Below, one piece after another: positions 46,611-59,200 of a stretch of DNA of 64,000 nt. Position 1 is the first letter of the stretch. Each line of letters begins with the position of its first letter. The translations under genes and the position numbers were made by a program. Under the pieces are notes generated by a model, which saw only the letters and a list, made by a program, of their open reading frames with translations, ran no database searches and had not been told where the DNA came from. Source of the stretch: Schizosaccharomyces osmophilus (taxonomy: Eukaryota); the NCBI RefSeq assembly GCF_027921745.1, contig NC_079239.1, forward strand, positions 2,914,001 through 2,978,000. Reading direction: 5' to 3'.

Positions 46611-47276
46611 ATGGGTGGTGCTCCTGGTGGAAAAACTTATTTGTAAGTTCATATAAAGTAAATACATGTTGAAAGCGAGCGAATATTTGATTTTTTGTCG
46701 AAACCGACGGGAACGAAAATACTTGGTTAGAGTGGCTTCCAACGTCCGGGAAAAGTAAATTCTATATAGCTTCCTGCATTCTTTCTATATTGCTTTGCTT
46801 TCAGATATATTTCTTTTGAATTTCAATGTTTTCAGAGCTGAATACTAACTTATTGATTAGAGGCTGGTGGGGTCACCTGTATGTTTATGAGTGCTTGGAA
46901 GTAAAATAAAAAGGCTTCCATAGCAATATATACTAGATGTTTGATTGATTTACTGACTGAACCTTAGCGGTGGTCCTAAGCAAAAGGGTATTATAACCTA
47001 TACTTTGTCCCCTTTTCAACAAAAGCCTATGGCTGGTTTCTTCAAGACTTCTTTCCAAAACACTTTCCGTCGTGTTCTTAATGAAAGTCTCTACGTAGCT
47101 ATTCCGTTTGGTGTTGCTTACTACATCTACTGTTGGGGCAAGGAACAAAACGAATTTTTGAACTCGAAATGGGGCCGACACGTAAGTACATATTTTCACC
47201 CATTCACCTATGCAAATTTTGCGTTTATGATTGTGAACTGTTACTAATAGGAGCATAGTTGGTCCAAGAGGAGTAA
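46611..47276 (+). CDS. qcr8: Cytochrome bc1 complex subunit 8, 4 exons
   Basis: [35 protein letters not shown]...GRHLVQEE*. Introns 46643-46860, 46879-46967, 47182-47258. Confidence 0.94.
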
Positions 47277-47517
47277 TTGCTTCCATGACTATGAAGCTTC
47301 TTTAGGAAGAAAGAATTTTGCAAACAATTCAAATTCTTTCATTTTCTCTTTGTCTCTTCTTTATTCTTCCCCCTCTCGTCATTTCATAGCTGAATTCATT
47401 TACTCTTTTTTAACTGATTACTACTACCGCAATAATACCTTTGTGGTAGGAAAATGAAATTCTATTCAATCAAAACCTCAGTTTGTTCATTGAAGTTAAA
47501 TTCTCATTTCATCTCAC

Positions 47518-49116
47518 CTATGCTCTAGATTGCATCTTCTGTATCCAATAAATAACCAAATCCATTGCAGCAATCGCATCTTCTTCACTATGATGCGTGT
47601 CAGTTTGAATCTCCTTGCCTAAATACCTCTTCGTCAAGTATTTCAAAGAATACCGGAACGGAGGACCTCGCTCATGCTTGTATAATATAGCAGTATCAAT
47701 CACTTGTTCATGTATGAGTCTCATGGCGTGCAAATCATTTTCGATGCCATGTCCAATAATGATTGTGTTTCTAGTAATGCCCAGTTGTTTCAGCTTTTCA
47801 TACATTACTGGCATGCTTATTCCAGACTCCAGTTGCGTTTTACTGGTTATTCCACTGAAACGTGTGTTCAAACTCAAAACTTTTCCCTTAGGTCGAATAA
47901 ATTGATTCAATAAAATCCCTTCTTTGTCAACCACTGTCAAGTGAACGAGCTCAAATCCCAATGTCGTGTAGCAAAGTTCACAATCCAATGCGCAGTACAC
48001 TCTCTCTTTCCCTGGACAATCCGCCGATAAACTAACGTAAGGAGAAACACTTGCTAAGTAGGGTAAATGTTGATATCGGAAAACATGAAACTCTTCGCTT
48101 GTACATCCTGACGCCTCTCCTTCTTTCATTCCGCAACAGGTGTATACGCGAATTTTTTCTCCGCCAACCTTCTCTCGAAAAAACTTTCCCCAGTGATATT
48201 TACAAGGCCCTGTAAGATCCACAAATTTTGTTCCACAACGATCGCATTCTCGCAAAGGATCAGCCGGAACAGATGGAATTATTTGATCAAAATTATATCC
48301 CCATAACTCCAGTTGCTCTTTCGAATGAGCTAATTTCGGAATGAGGCCACTGACATCTTCTCTTCTCTCTAAAATTCCTTTCGGTGGTGATTTCTTTAAG
48401 GCTAAGATTTTGGCTTTACAAGAAGAGCTATATACCATCTTGCTATTCGTGGACAAGCATATACTTTTTTCTTCCTCTAGAGATTTCTCCTTGCTTTCAA
48501 TTGAATCATATCCAAGTTTCAAAAAAGCATCGTAAAAGATATGAACCATCCGTTTTCTAAGTTCATGACCCGCTGGAGCATTCGAATCGTACACTGGGTT
48601 CGGAATGGCCATAGGCTCATTCATAACTCTTCTCTCCTTTACTCTGATAGGAAATGAGTCATGATTCTTGATATCACTGTCAGTTGTCGGTTTTAGGGGC
48701 TCCTCTCTTGTTCGTTTTACGGGTCTCGAGCTTTCAGATATGGGGGAATGCAAAGGTTTCTTTTCACTATTATGTAGCTTCTCAGGTTGTTTTACATCAA
48801 AAGGATCGTTTGGTATTTTGTTTGCGAGCAGATTCGTTTCAATAGCGATAGGATTATCTTTGACAACCGTAGTAGCAGAAGGTGGAATATATTGAATCTG
48901 AGCTGTTGGACAAATAGATGATAATGAAAGAAGTTGGCTTTCGTGGGCTTTTTCCCGCAAGCCCTTCGAGGTCTCTTCTTGTATCTTTGGAAAAGAGCCG
49001 CCATTGTTGTCACAGGTGTTCTCATGCTTGAATATACAGTATTTCGCCGGGCATGTTAGATCCTTACGAAAAAAAGGGCAGTTTATTTGCTTGAAATGGC
49101 CAAGTGGAGAGAACAT
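47518..49116 (-). CDS. rex3: DEDDh RNA exonuclease Rex3
   Basis: Motifs CKYHWG, ALDCEL, NTRFSGI, IIGHGIENDL, VIDTA, HHSEEDA. Confidence 0.9.
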   Translation of the reverse strand: MFSPLGHFKQINCPFFRKDLTCPAKYCIFKHENTCDNNGGSFPKIQEETSKGLREKAHESQLLSLSSICPTAQIQYIPPSATTVVKDNPIAIETNLLANKIPNDPFDVKQPEKLHNSEKKPLHSPISESSRPVKRTREEPLKPTTDSDIKNHDSFPIRVKERRVMNEPMAIPNPVYDSNAPAGHELRKRMVHIFYDAFLKLGYDSIESKEKSLEEEKSICLSTNSKMVYSSSCKAKILALKKSPPKGILERREDVSGLIPKLAHSKEQLELWGYNFDQIIPSVPADPLRECDRCGTKFVDLTGPCKYHWGKFFREKVGGEKIRVYTCCGMKEGEASGCTSEEFHVFRYQHLPYLASVSPYVSLSADCPGKERVYCALDCELCYTTLGFELVHLTVVDKEGILLNQFIRPKGKVLSLNTRFSGITSKTQLESGISMPVMYEKLKQLGITRNTIIIGHGIENDLHAMRLIHEQVIDTAILYKHERGPPFRYSLKYLTKRYLGKEIQTDTHHSEEDAIAAMDLVIYWIQKMQSRA

Positions 49117-49644
49117 GAAGAAAAACTTGTATAATTAAACCACGTCTTCCAGTCTTAATTGCGTACAAATTTTGGTCACTTGAATACAATGACTATTTAA
49201 ATTTTTCGCTTCAAATCTGTTCTGAATAGTAATATAATTGAATATGTTTAGGATAGAGGTTATTAATGGAAGTGAAAAAGACCTATGAATTGGTAACAAA
49301 TCCAGTTCGTTATTACCATTAATTCAGCATTGCTTGCACTTCGACGTGACTTTAAATGCAATTTTAGTTACAAGAAAAATTCAGGTAAAAGTTTTTATGG
49401 AAGATGCAACCTAGCAGAGAAAAGAATGGTGGAGGGGTGAAAGTACGAGTGTAGAAGGTCACTTCCCTTAGGAGACAAGAGGTATCCGAATATGCAAAAG
49501 AACGCAAAGAATAGGTTCTTTCATGATTTTGTGGAGCATAAATAAGGATTATAAGAGAGTGAATTAAAAAAATAACATTTCAGTCAAATTCGTTGCTCTT
49601 CAAATTAGAAGGTTATTATGGTAGGGACATCATAGCGAATAAAT

Positions 49645-51338
49645 TTAAGAAAAGAGTCGAGATTTGGGAGAACGAGGCTTTGTGATGCGGCCGTTAGTCG
49701 TGCTGTTAATAGAAGACATACTAGCACTTCTTTGTGTAGCTTTTTTTGTATGACTGTTGAGAGGAGAAGAGCTACCATTCCAACGACCACTGGACCTCCG
49801 CGAAGACGTGCTTCTAAAAGAGGAAGAAGGAGAGCGAGCAGAAGAGTCTGGAGTAGTTTGACTAGATGACCTTCGAATACGTGGTACAGATATCTTTTCC
49901 GTAGAAGTTCCCACATATTCGGTGTCTGTGTCTTCGCCATCCGAATTGGAATCTTCGGGCTTTTCAGAGTACTTATTCATTATATTTTCATCATTAGAAG
50001 TATGTTTGGAAACACTTCGTAATTTTTCGTTCAGGCGAGTAGAGGTAGCTGGCAATCGCTGAGGTGAAGGCATACCATGATGACCAGAAATCTTGCGCGG
50101 CTGGCCAGGAGTAGGTTCCGGTAAAGGAGTACTGACTTGATTTTGCGTAGCAACACCGTTGGACGCATGCAGAGGTTGTCTTGGAGGCGTTGCCAATGGC
50201 TCGGCAGCAATGGCTTGCTGAATAGCTTTCGCCATAGCCTTCTCATAGTAATAGGCGCGAATTTGAACTTGATTGATATGCAGCCAGTGTTGTTGGGGAC
50301 CGACAACCATTCCAGGGCGCATTATTCTCATATAAGAAATTACTTCGTTAGCGGTAAAGCTATGCTTATAAATCAGGTAGGCTCCAATTAAGCAACCGGT
50401 ACGGCCAAGACCAGCTTTGCAGTGTACAGCGATTACTCCATCATTCTCTACCTCTTCCACAAGGTCAATAAACTCTTTTACCAAGGAAAGATCAGGAACT
50501 GTACCGTCTTCGAAATACATCTCTTGATGACGGATGCCAACTGATTCAAATGTATCTTTATCGTACAAAGGTCCATTCAGACGGACGACGCGTTTTATAT
50601 TGTTGGCTTTAAAGTAGTTCAGAACGATCAGAAATGGTTGAGGGAGCTTCTTTGGACGTGTGCTAGGATGATTCCAGCCAGCCTGAACTGGACTAGCGAA
50701 AGCGATGAATTTAGGTGATATCCAATTAAAATCACCATTTTCAACTTTTTCATAGGTTTCATACTCGTGGACATCGACGTTTCGTATATTAAGGATACCG
50801 CTTTCCCGAGCTCTCCATAAACCGTAGACACAGTCCTGAATGGTAATATAATAGTCAGAAACAGCGTAGCCGGCATCTCGAAATCCAAGAAAAGGGGGTT
50901 CTGCTTGAGCTAAAGGAGCCAAAGCCAGATGAGGAGGCCAGTTTTGGACAAGGACCATGTAGCACGCCAAAAGACAAGCCGCGTTTGCCCGTAAACGGGT
51001 GTCCGTGGAAGAATAAAGTACAATTGTTTTATTTTTCTTGGCTTGCCGATGCTTTGCCATGATACCATGAACGATGACAGCAAAACGAATAAGATGGCTA
51101 ACATTTAGTGGTCCAAAATCATGATAAAAAGGGTTGTAAGCAAGTTCATTATCAATTGTGAAAAATTGCATATGAGGATATAAAACCTCGTTTGGTGGTT
51201 CATCTAGAGATGTAAAATATAATTTGTCTGTGCAGTCAATGTTAGCAATGATGGCCTCTCAACAAATTGTGGAAATTTTCAATGCTTACCTTCCAAAAAC
51301 TCGATCATTTCGCCCAGCCCATCATCTCGGTACTCCAT
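49645..51338 (-). CDS. clp1: Cdc14-family phosphatase Clp1/Flp1, 2 exons
   Basis: Exon 1 MEYRDDGLGEMIEFLE; intron 51289-51228; DFGPLN; catalytic VHCKAGLGRTG; S/T-P-rich tail. Confidence 0.96.
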
Positions 51339-51583
51339 AGGATTAAATTGCTTTGGTTTTGAGAACAAACTATGGGTACTTTGGTGTTTGCTTCAACTTC
51401 GTACTTGGAAGTTGGTTGAGGTCCAGAGGAAAGAAGACGAGCAGCAAACCTGTAAGAAGGAAAAGGAGAATGAAATGGAATCGATTAAGGAAATGAACGA
51501 ATGGAAGTAAAAATACGGAGTTGTTGTTGACAAAAACAGAGGGCTTCTAATCTAGAAAAAGTTGCTAGTTGAAGTTGGGTATT

Positions 51584-51828
51584 GTTTACATTTGGAATTT
51601 TTTACAAAATTTACAAAGTATTTGTGTACCAAGCTTAATGGAAATCTAAATACAAATTTGTTGGTATTGTTTGCTGATTACAAGCACATTCCGTGAAGAT
51701 TTGGATGATTCAAAAGTTTCATATTGTTAAGCAGAATGGTAAAGAATGATTTCGATGGGATCAACAATCCGTCAAGCCTTTTCGCGCAAATAAATAACCT
51801 ATTTTATTCTTCCTCTTCATCTGTTTAC
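51584..51828. promoter_or_regulatory. Forkhead-type motifs (TGTTTAC) upstream of clp1
   Basis: Two TGTTTAC matches near 51583 and 51822 in the clp1 upstream region; the motif is short and may occur by chance. Confidence 0.35.
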
Positions 51829-52238
51829 TTGCATTCAGAAGTGATTCATCACAAATAAATTTCTTTTCAAAAAAGAAAAAGACCAAAAAACGAAACGGAA
51901 ATTGTGGAAACAAGCATCTAAGGACACTTGTTTTCAAATAATTTTTTATTGCTCAAATTCCTAAACTATCCGCAACAAAAGAAAGTAGGAGATGAATGGA
52001 AGTGCAAGGAAACGAAAGAGAGAACACAAACATGGAACTCGGAAAGACGAAACGAGGAGCTTGTTTCAAAACCAATCAAAATGATACTTTTCAAAGGAAG
52101 CCAGAGACAACGTATGTCTTTTCCTACGAGAAGCAAAAGTAAAGAAGAAAAAAAGAAATCCAACCCAATAGTGATTCAATCAGCGAACCTGTCCAACAGT
52201 TTGAGAATAATATGGAATAATTTCATTCCTACTAAATC

Positions 52239-52703
52239 TTAAGCTCCCAATGCAGGGACCTCCTTCAAAATTTCGTCGTAACCTTCCTTGTAGTCTTCGG
52301 CCTTGGCCAAATCCTTCTTCTTTCCACCAGGAACAACCATGACACAACTGGTGGGTCGTTTGGTGTTGGAGGCATCTCCCAATAACTCCTTCGAAACGGT
52401 ATAGACGTAGGGGACGTCGTTGTCTTCGCACAAGACAGGAATATGGGAAATGACATCCAAGGGAGAAATGTCACCAGCAAGAATAACCAAGCCCTTTTCA
52501 CCCTTACGGACGGCCTTGACAACTTCCTTGACACCACGGAGGATGTGCTTTTGCTTGGAAGCCTTTTTCACAGTTTTCATCATTTTTTTATTGAGCTTCT
52601 TGGGGGCCAAAGGTTGGGCGATTGGCATTTGAGCAGGGAGATATGAGTCATACTCGTCTTCAGCAGCACCAGAGCTTTTACGTTCTTTTCTTTCCTTTGC
52701 CAT
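52239..52703 (-). CDS. nhp2: H/ACA snoRNP protein Nhp2 (L7Ae family)
   Basis: PIAQPLA and RGVKEVVKAVRKGEKGLVILAGDISPLDVISHIPVLCED. Confidence 0.95.
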   Translation of the reverse strand: MAKERKERKSSGAAEDEYDSYLPAQMPIAQPLAPKKLNKKMMKTVKKASKQKHILRGVKEVVKAVRKGEKGLVILAGDISPLDVISHIPVLCEDNDVPYVYTVSKELLGDASNTKRPTSCVMVVPGGKKKDLAKAEDYKEGYDEILKEVPALGA

Positions 52704-53187
52704 TGTGAAGTAAAAAATCCAAAAATTTGATACAGTGTATTTGGCGAAGCGCAGGTTTGCAAATTCGAGATTTTCACCTTTTCCGTAGCTCGCTATCCCG
52801 TCGTAAAAGGACCTACATGTGACTTGCAAACTAGGATGTGCCCTGTACCGATCTACAGCGAGTCTCGTTCAAACAGAAACGTTACTCATTATACCGCGGT
52901 AAAGTATTTGTACACCACGCGCCGCATTGCAGTGAAGCGCAGTATCAAGTCATTTTAGAGAGGGAATCGATGGTAATAGAACGTTGTAAGGGAAGGGAAA
53001 TGGAGACAAGAGATCTTGCCATGCATTAAAACCAATCCAGAATCGATCAAAAAAGCAATTTCTTCAGCCAAGTTTTCTTTGGTAGAACCTACAGACCAAC
53101 ATGTTAAGCAATTCCATTGCTCCTTCATGAGGAAGAGAATAGCAAATGGCTTTATATATGTCAGCTTATGAACCATTATCGAACTTT

Positions 53188-53259
53188 GGGGTCATAGCTC
53201 AGTGGTAGAGTGAGGGATTGCAGCTCCCCAGGTCACTGGTTCAAATCCGGTTGGCCCCT
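53188..53259 (+). tRNA. tRNA-Cys(GCA)
   Basis: GGGGTCA/TGGCCCC acceptor stem, U discriminator, A box TAGCTCAGTGG, anticodon loop TTGCAGC, GGTTCAAATCC B box, T7 terminator. Confidence 0.95.
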
Positions 53260-53967
53260 AATTTTTTTAAAAGTTGAAACGTTGAATTGTCTTTTTTTTT
53301 TTGTTTTTTCTTTTTTCGAAATAAAAAACAAAGGACAGAAAGATTGTATGAAAAAACACCAGTCAAACTAGCTACAGGTGGACTCTTTTCAGTTTGCTAT
53401 GCTTGACTCATAAGTACACACGCATATACACACCAAAAAGGAAACTTGCCATCATTTGTCACAGTAGGATAGATAACCCATTCTGTCTGCGATGATTTTC
53501 TTAATGTTTCTGCTAGTACTGTTTTTAATTTTGTTTTAATTTTTCCTTATTTTTTCTTTATTTTTTCCTTTGTTTATTTACATGATCACCACCAGAAACC
53601 CAACAAAAGAAGCTTAACCGAAGCGAGATGGAGCCATCCGACTTGTGCTTGCGTAATTTTCAGCTTTATTGCAACATTCTATGTGACTGTCTGGGATTTA
53701 ACATTTTGACAGAAATAAAAGAAGCGAAAATTCTCTTTCTTAGCTTTTACCGTTGTTTCGTTGTTGTCCTCTTCCTTTTCGCAGGCGCTTTATTTTTTTG
53801 GCATTTCCCTTTTGTTTGATAGCAGTGGATCTTTTTCTCTTGTTGTCTCAGAATTGTCATTTTTCACTTCTTTCGTTTGTTTCCTTCTTCTTCTTCTTCT
53901 TCTTCTCCTTTTGGTTAGTACAGGATTCAAAATTTTCTAGATTAAAATTCATCCCAGCATTCCAAAC

Positions 53968-54579
53968 ATGGCTACCAACATTACTTTTCACCCCGGTTCC
54001 GTTACTAGAGATGAACGTACAAACTTCTTGGGCCATCCCGGCATGACCATCTGGTTGACTGGTTTATCGGCTTCTGGTAAATCCACCATTGCTTGCGCTT
54101 TAGAACAATACCTCTTGCAAAACGGCATCACCTCTTACCGTTTGGACGGTGACAATGTACGTTTTGGCCTCAACAGCGATCTTGGTTTCAGCGAAAAGGA
54201 TCGTAATGAAAATATCCGTCGTATTGGCCATGTTGCTAAACTTTTCGCTGATGCTTCTGTCGTTTCCATCACTTCTTTCATTTCCCCTTATTGTAAAGAT
54301 CGTGACCAAGCCCGTGAAGCTCACGAGAAGGACGGCTTACCTTTTATCGAGGTCTTGGTCGATTGCCCTGTTGAAGTAGCCGAGCGACGCGATCCCAAAG
54401 GTCTATATAAACGTGCTCGCGCCGGTGAAATCAAAGAATTCACTGGTATTTCGGCTCCTTATGAAGCTCCTGTTGCACCTGAAGTCGTTGTCTCTTCCGG
54501 TACCATGTCCACTGAACAATCTGTAGAAAAAATCGTTGCTTATTTGCAAGAGAAGAACTTGGTTCACTTGAAAAACTAA
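53968..54579 (+). CDS. met14: Adenylyl-sulfate (APS) kinase
   Basis: Motifs [45 protein letters not shown]. Confidence 0.97.
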   Translation: MATNITFHPGSVTRDERTNFLGHPGMTIWLTGLSASGKSTIACALEQYLLQNGITSYRLDGDNVRFGLNSDLGFSEKDRNENIRRIGHVAKLFADASVVSITSFISPYCKDRDQAREAHEKDGLPFIEVLVDCPVEVAERRDPKGLYKRARAGEIKEFTGISAPYEAPVAPEVVVSSGTMSTEQSVEKIVAYLQEKNLVHLKN

Positions 54580-54898
54580 TTCCCCCTTTATGCTTTATGC
54601 TCTGTTTTATGTTTAATTCCTAATCAATCGTTATTTTTTTGTGTTTTATTGTGCTCCCATTTGTGGTTGTATTTTGCGTTTGCTTTCCATTCAATGTATC
54701 TTGTAAGCTTTTCTGTTTCATCCTAATTCTTAATGTTTGCTTGATGTTGATTCACATTTCCTTCCAGTACCCATGCCGTATCGTGCTATGCCATCGTTTC
54801 GAATAAATTACTAAATGCTTGAATTGTATTTTTGTATCTAAACACTACTTTCTATTCATAGTCAAAATAGGACTCTAGCCTTGCCAAATTCACGCGTG

Positions 54899-55401
54899 TT
54901 AGATGAGCATGGTGGACCATCCAGCAATCATCAAAAGACCTCCTAAAGGTGTTACTGGACCCAAGTATTTACGGAAAGACGATGTCTTTGGTAACAACAC
55001 AAGAGCAAAGATGCTTCCGGAGAACAGTGTGCTACCACCAACCATTAAAGGAGCGGTCCATCTCGACTTGCCATATTTTGGATGGAGAGAAATCACCATA
55101 ACAGCCAGGCTATGAAACATCAAGTAGGTAGAACCAGTAGACCAAGACTAATCGTTAGAAAGAAAATTCTCAAACCTCTTATTCTTCTTTTTCTAGCTTC
55201 TCCCGTCTTCTATTTCAGTAATTATAGAATTGGTTAGCTTACCTTCAACAAGCGAGGGTCTTGAACGTGTTTTTGCAATCCATGAGATCCGTATGCTCCC
55301 AAGCCAACACTCAAAAGCCCTGTATTGTATGTTAGAACTAAAATCCTTTGCATGAATCTCGTATTCTTACCCATCAAAGCTGCTGCATTCCAAATCGCCA
55401 T
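54899..55401 (-). CDS. DUF423/TMEM256-family small membrane protein, 3 exons
   Basis: MAIWNAAALMGLLSVGLGAYGSHGL...; introns 55370-55320 and 55242-55148; motifs LFSGSI and GPVTPLGGLLMIAGW. Confidence 0.88.
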
Positions 55402-55991
55402 TTTTTCACTATGACAAATTATGGTTTTTTAAACCGTTTCTATATTTCAAAAATTGTAATCAAACCTCAATCGTTTGAAATGAATATTGCGCTTTCAAGG
55501 CCTTGTCAGAGGGAATTCGGGAAAGAAGAAAAGTTACCCTTGCCGTCAGAGAAGAAATGAAGTAAGCATACTTCCTTGCTATATTCATTCATCAATATAC
55601 AATTCTTTGTATTAGGTATAGAATTAAATGTTTGTTCTTTTCCACCTTTGGAACAAGCTGAAAGCCATTGGAAACCATTACGGAAAGATCATTCCAGGCT
55701 TTTCACTGTTCAGATGGTTTTTTAAATATACAAAAACAAGAATTAGCACCCATTTACAACCAATGTCTTATTGAAATTGCCATCCGTGTAAGGTTATTCG
55801 TATACCTAGTACCTTGCTTCCAAATTCCTATACCTGATCTTTTACTGCCTACCGAAACATAGGTGAATTAACCATCAATCCATTTCTGCATAATTTATAA
55901 ATAAAGGCTATAATTATTGAAAGATCCGTTTCACATTCAATAAAGCCTTACTGTTCATTTAAGAGAGTTCGTCATTCTCAACCAAAACGAA

Positions 55992-57406
55992 ATGAATCAT
56001 CTTTCAAATTCATTTTTTTTTATTATTGAAAAGGTATATCTCAATTCTAAACTCAATTGTACTAACCACAAGAGAACTAGTTAAAAACATGGAATGCTAC
56101 GTTAGCTGATGAGTTTGCTCAAATTATAAATCGACAAAGCGATACTACATTTACTGTTCAATCTATTACATTTCAAAACGAATCCATTTCCGATTCTACT
56201 CCACCGCCTAATGTTTTGTTAGAATTCGCACCGCCAAATTTACACAATTGTGATTACCATTCTATCCGCCTAACAATACCTATTACATATCCAAACGTGC
56301 CTCCAATCGTACTTCTTCAAGACAGACAGGGAAATTACCATTCATACAACAATCTCTTATTGGACCTCTGGAAAAATGAACCTTCCGTTTTCAACTTGAC
56401 TCGTCTTATTCACATTCTCATAAACCAACCGTTCCCTAGGAAAGGTGGAAATCAAAGACCTGAAGCTCCTCCGAAACCAAAAACACCAACGACGAATACC
56501 GCTAATCTCTCAAGTAACTTTCACTCCTTATCCTTGGGTTCATCCAAACCTTCCGTCCCTTTGAAGCCCTCTGTCCCTGCGAAACCCCCGAATCCGACAG
56601 CATCTCAGGTTCATTCTGCGGAAAAAATAGCCACTCCAAAAAAAAAGGATGTCTATTCTAGCCCTAGTCTACCACCGCGTCCAGCTCCTTATGCGAGTTC
56701 CTTCCAAGATACATTTCAAACGGATAATCAAACAAAAAATACATCTTTGTCAAAACCTATAGAGAAGCGAAATATTCAATACCCACCCAATTTGCCTTCA
56801 AAACAAACGGTTCCTCCAATTCCTTCGAAACCACGTTCGGGCGACTCATTCCCGCAAGTAAGCACAAACGCTATTCCGTCCAACAACTCTACAGTGAATT
56901 TATTAGACGAAGATATTCATTTTTCCACCGAGTTTCCAGATGATGAGAATGAAAGACGAACAACAGAGCGCAAACGTTTGAATGAAACAAGAGGCCATTG
57001 GAAAGAAAAGCTAAACTCTGAACTTATGCAGCAAATTAAGGCATTTCAGAGTCTTCGATTGAAGAAAGAATTACTGGATAATGAAAAGCGTTCGCTGCAA
57101 GAATTAGCAAAAGAAATTGACAAAAAACGATTTTTACTGGGAATAACTAGGAGAAAGCTCCGAGATGATCTACAAAGGACTACAACTGTTGAGAATTTAC
57201 CAATTGAGGAGCTTTTCATAATACCTTTAGAAACGGATAGGAAAAGGTACAAACTAAGTTCGAGTGATGCAGTTCTAAATAATAGCATACAAGCCTTAAA
57301 TTCCGCGTTGGCTCAAGAATCAGTTTCTATTCACGCGTGGCTGAAAGCCGTCAAATTGCTTGCTAGACAACAATTTTTTGTTCGTGACGATTTGCTTCAT
57401 CTGTAG
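55992..57406 (+). CDS. sst6: ESCRT-I subunit Vps23/Tsg101 homologue (UEV-like region, Pro-rich region, coiled coil, SB domain), 2 exons
   Basis: Intron 56034-56080 keeps frame; IPITYPNVPP, Pro-rich middle, C-terminal WLKAVKLLARQQFF (steadiness box). Confidence 0.8.
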
Positions 57407-57434
57407 ATGGAGATATGTTCAATTATGAAATGCT

Positions 57435-58412
57435 TCATTTATTCGGAATCACTATCATATAAATATTCTGATTCTGATACTCCTCGTAATTTGTCTTTTT
57501 CCTTTCCGCTAATGTTAGCATCCAATTACTCCAAGAATTTTCAAGACTTACAATCATCGTGTACATAATGCTCTCCAGTAGAAGTAATAAACCAAGAGTT
57601 GTATTCGCATAAAATAGTAAAGGCCATTTAAACATAAAAGAATTTGAATTGCATAAGAAGACAAAAACAGCAGAGCAGAATCCCAAGAAAAAATCACGAT
57701 TCCTACCTATGAGATTCCCTAAGAATAATAAAAGAATGACACATGAGAAGAGGTGAAAAACAAAAGGTAACTCTACCAAGAAAGAAGAAGAAAACTCAAG
57801 ATAATGAATCGCTTGGAAAAGGCTGTAAACAAAATGGATTTTCGTAGGGAGCCCAATAATTACTTGTAGGTCCCAACTATTTCTCATTTTGTGTAAGGAA
57901 CGGATCATTGTATATGAATTTAAAGAAGAAATCATAAAAAATAGAGCACAGACCCAAGATCCTTGAAATTTCTAATGCAGGTTAATTATATTGTATGAAA
58001 ACAGGCGACTAAGACATACCATAAACAGAGTGCCGGCTGCTTCAGAAAAGCTTGAAATGCACAATCTGCTACTCAGCAAGAAAGCTGCTTTCAGAACATC
58101 ATCATATTCATTAGCGATTCCTGCTGTGAACAAACAGTCGAAAACTAAAATAACGATTCTAACTGTTAGTACTCGAAATCAAAGCTTTAAATAAAGAAAA
58201 ATACAATTCCTTGAAACAAAAATCATGTCGTACCTTAAAGGCGTCCAAAGCTTTGGGGATAATGACCATGAACTAGGATATGCAAGTTGAAGAACTTTCA
58301 ATTTACTGGTTCCTATGGAGCCCAAAAAAAAAGATAAAACATCCAAAATCAGTACAAATCGTAATCCATTCAAGGCTTTTGACCTTGCTGCCGTCAGAAT
58401 ATCATCTTTCAT
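57435..58412 (-). CDS. Multi-exon hydrophobic membrane protein, positional match to S. pombe mug162; exon structure uncertain
   Basis: Hydrophobic ORF pieces 58412-58179 and 57935-57435 with splice signals between them; lies between sst6 and the Smr gene. Confidence 0.55.
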
Positions 58413-59200
58413 GATTGTGTGTGCGCAATCGGAAAGTCCTTTTTAAAAATTTGGGGTTTTACTGATTTTGATAGTCCGTATACTTAAAGAATTCGTCTTT
58501 TGTTATTTTTATAGAAACAAATTAATACGGTATCCATTCATCAATCATTTGCCGGTAGTTTTAGTTACAATCCTCATTCATTTCAAGGTAAAACGCTCTA
58601 ACCATATGGAAGTGTTGAACATTAAAAAGAAAGCATCGTATTTGAACCTGAAAGCCTCAATATTACAATCTATAAAAAAGCATTTTGAACAAAAAATCTA
58701 TTAAACCCTTTATACTCTACTCTACTCACCAAGCTTAAGTTTAATCAAAAGTAATTATAAAGTCCCCTATTTCTTCAACAATTTTTAGTAAAAATATTAA
58801 GAGCTGTGGATGTAAAGTTAGAGAAGGAGATTATTATAGAACGAAAGGACTTGCGGCTCCATCTATGTAGAACGCAATCAAAAAATCAGTAATGTACATT
58901 CAAGACAAACACCGACTTGAGTGAATAAGATTTCACCAAAAGCAACAAAAGCGAAGAAAATATAATAGAAAGGATCAAATAAGTACAAGCATACCTATTT
59001 CTGCCCATCTCTAACCAAGACATGATGAGTATTTAGACCAAATAAAACCTAAACATAGAAAGCTTCATTTTAACACTCATTGCCCAGCAACAAAAAGAAA
59101 ACGAGAGATCTTCTATTTGAGAAAAGAATGAAATGTCAGTAGCGAACATAATGCCTTGAATTTGAGATACGCAAAGTGTTTGTGTTGACGCTCTATTGTT

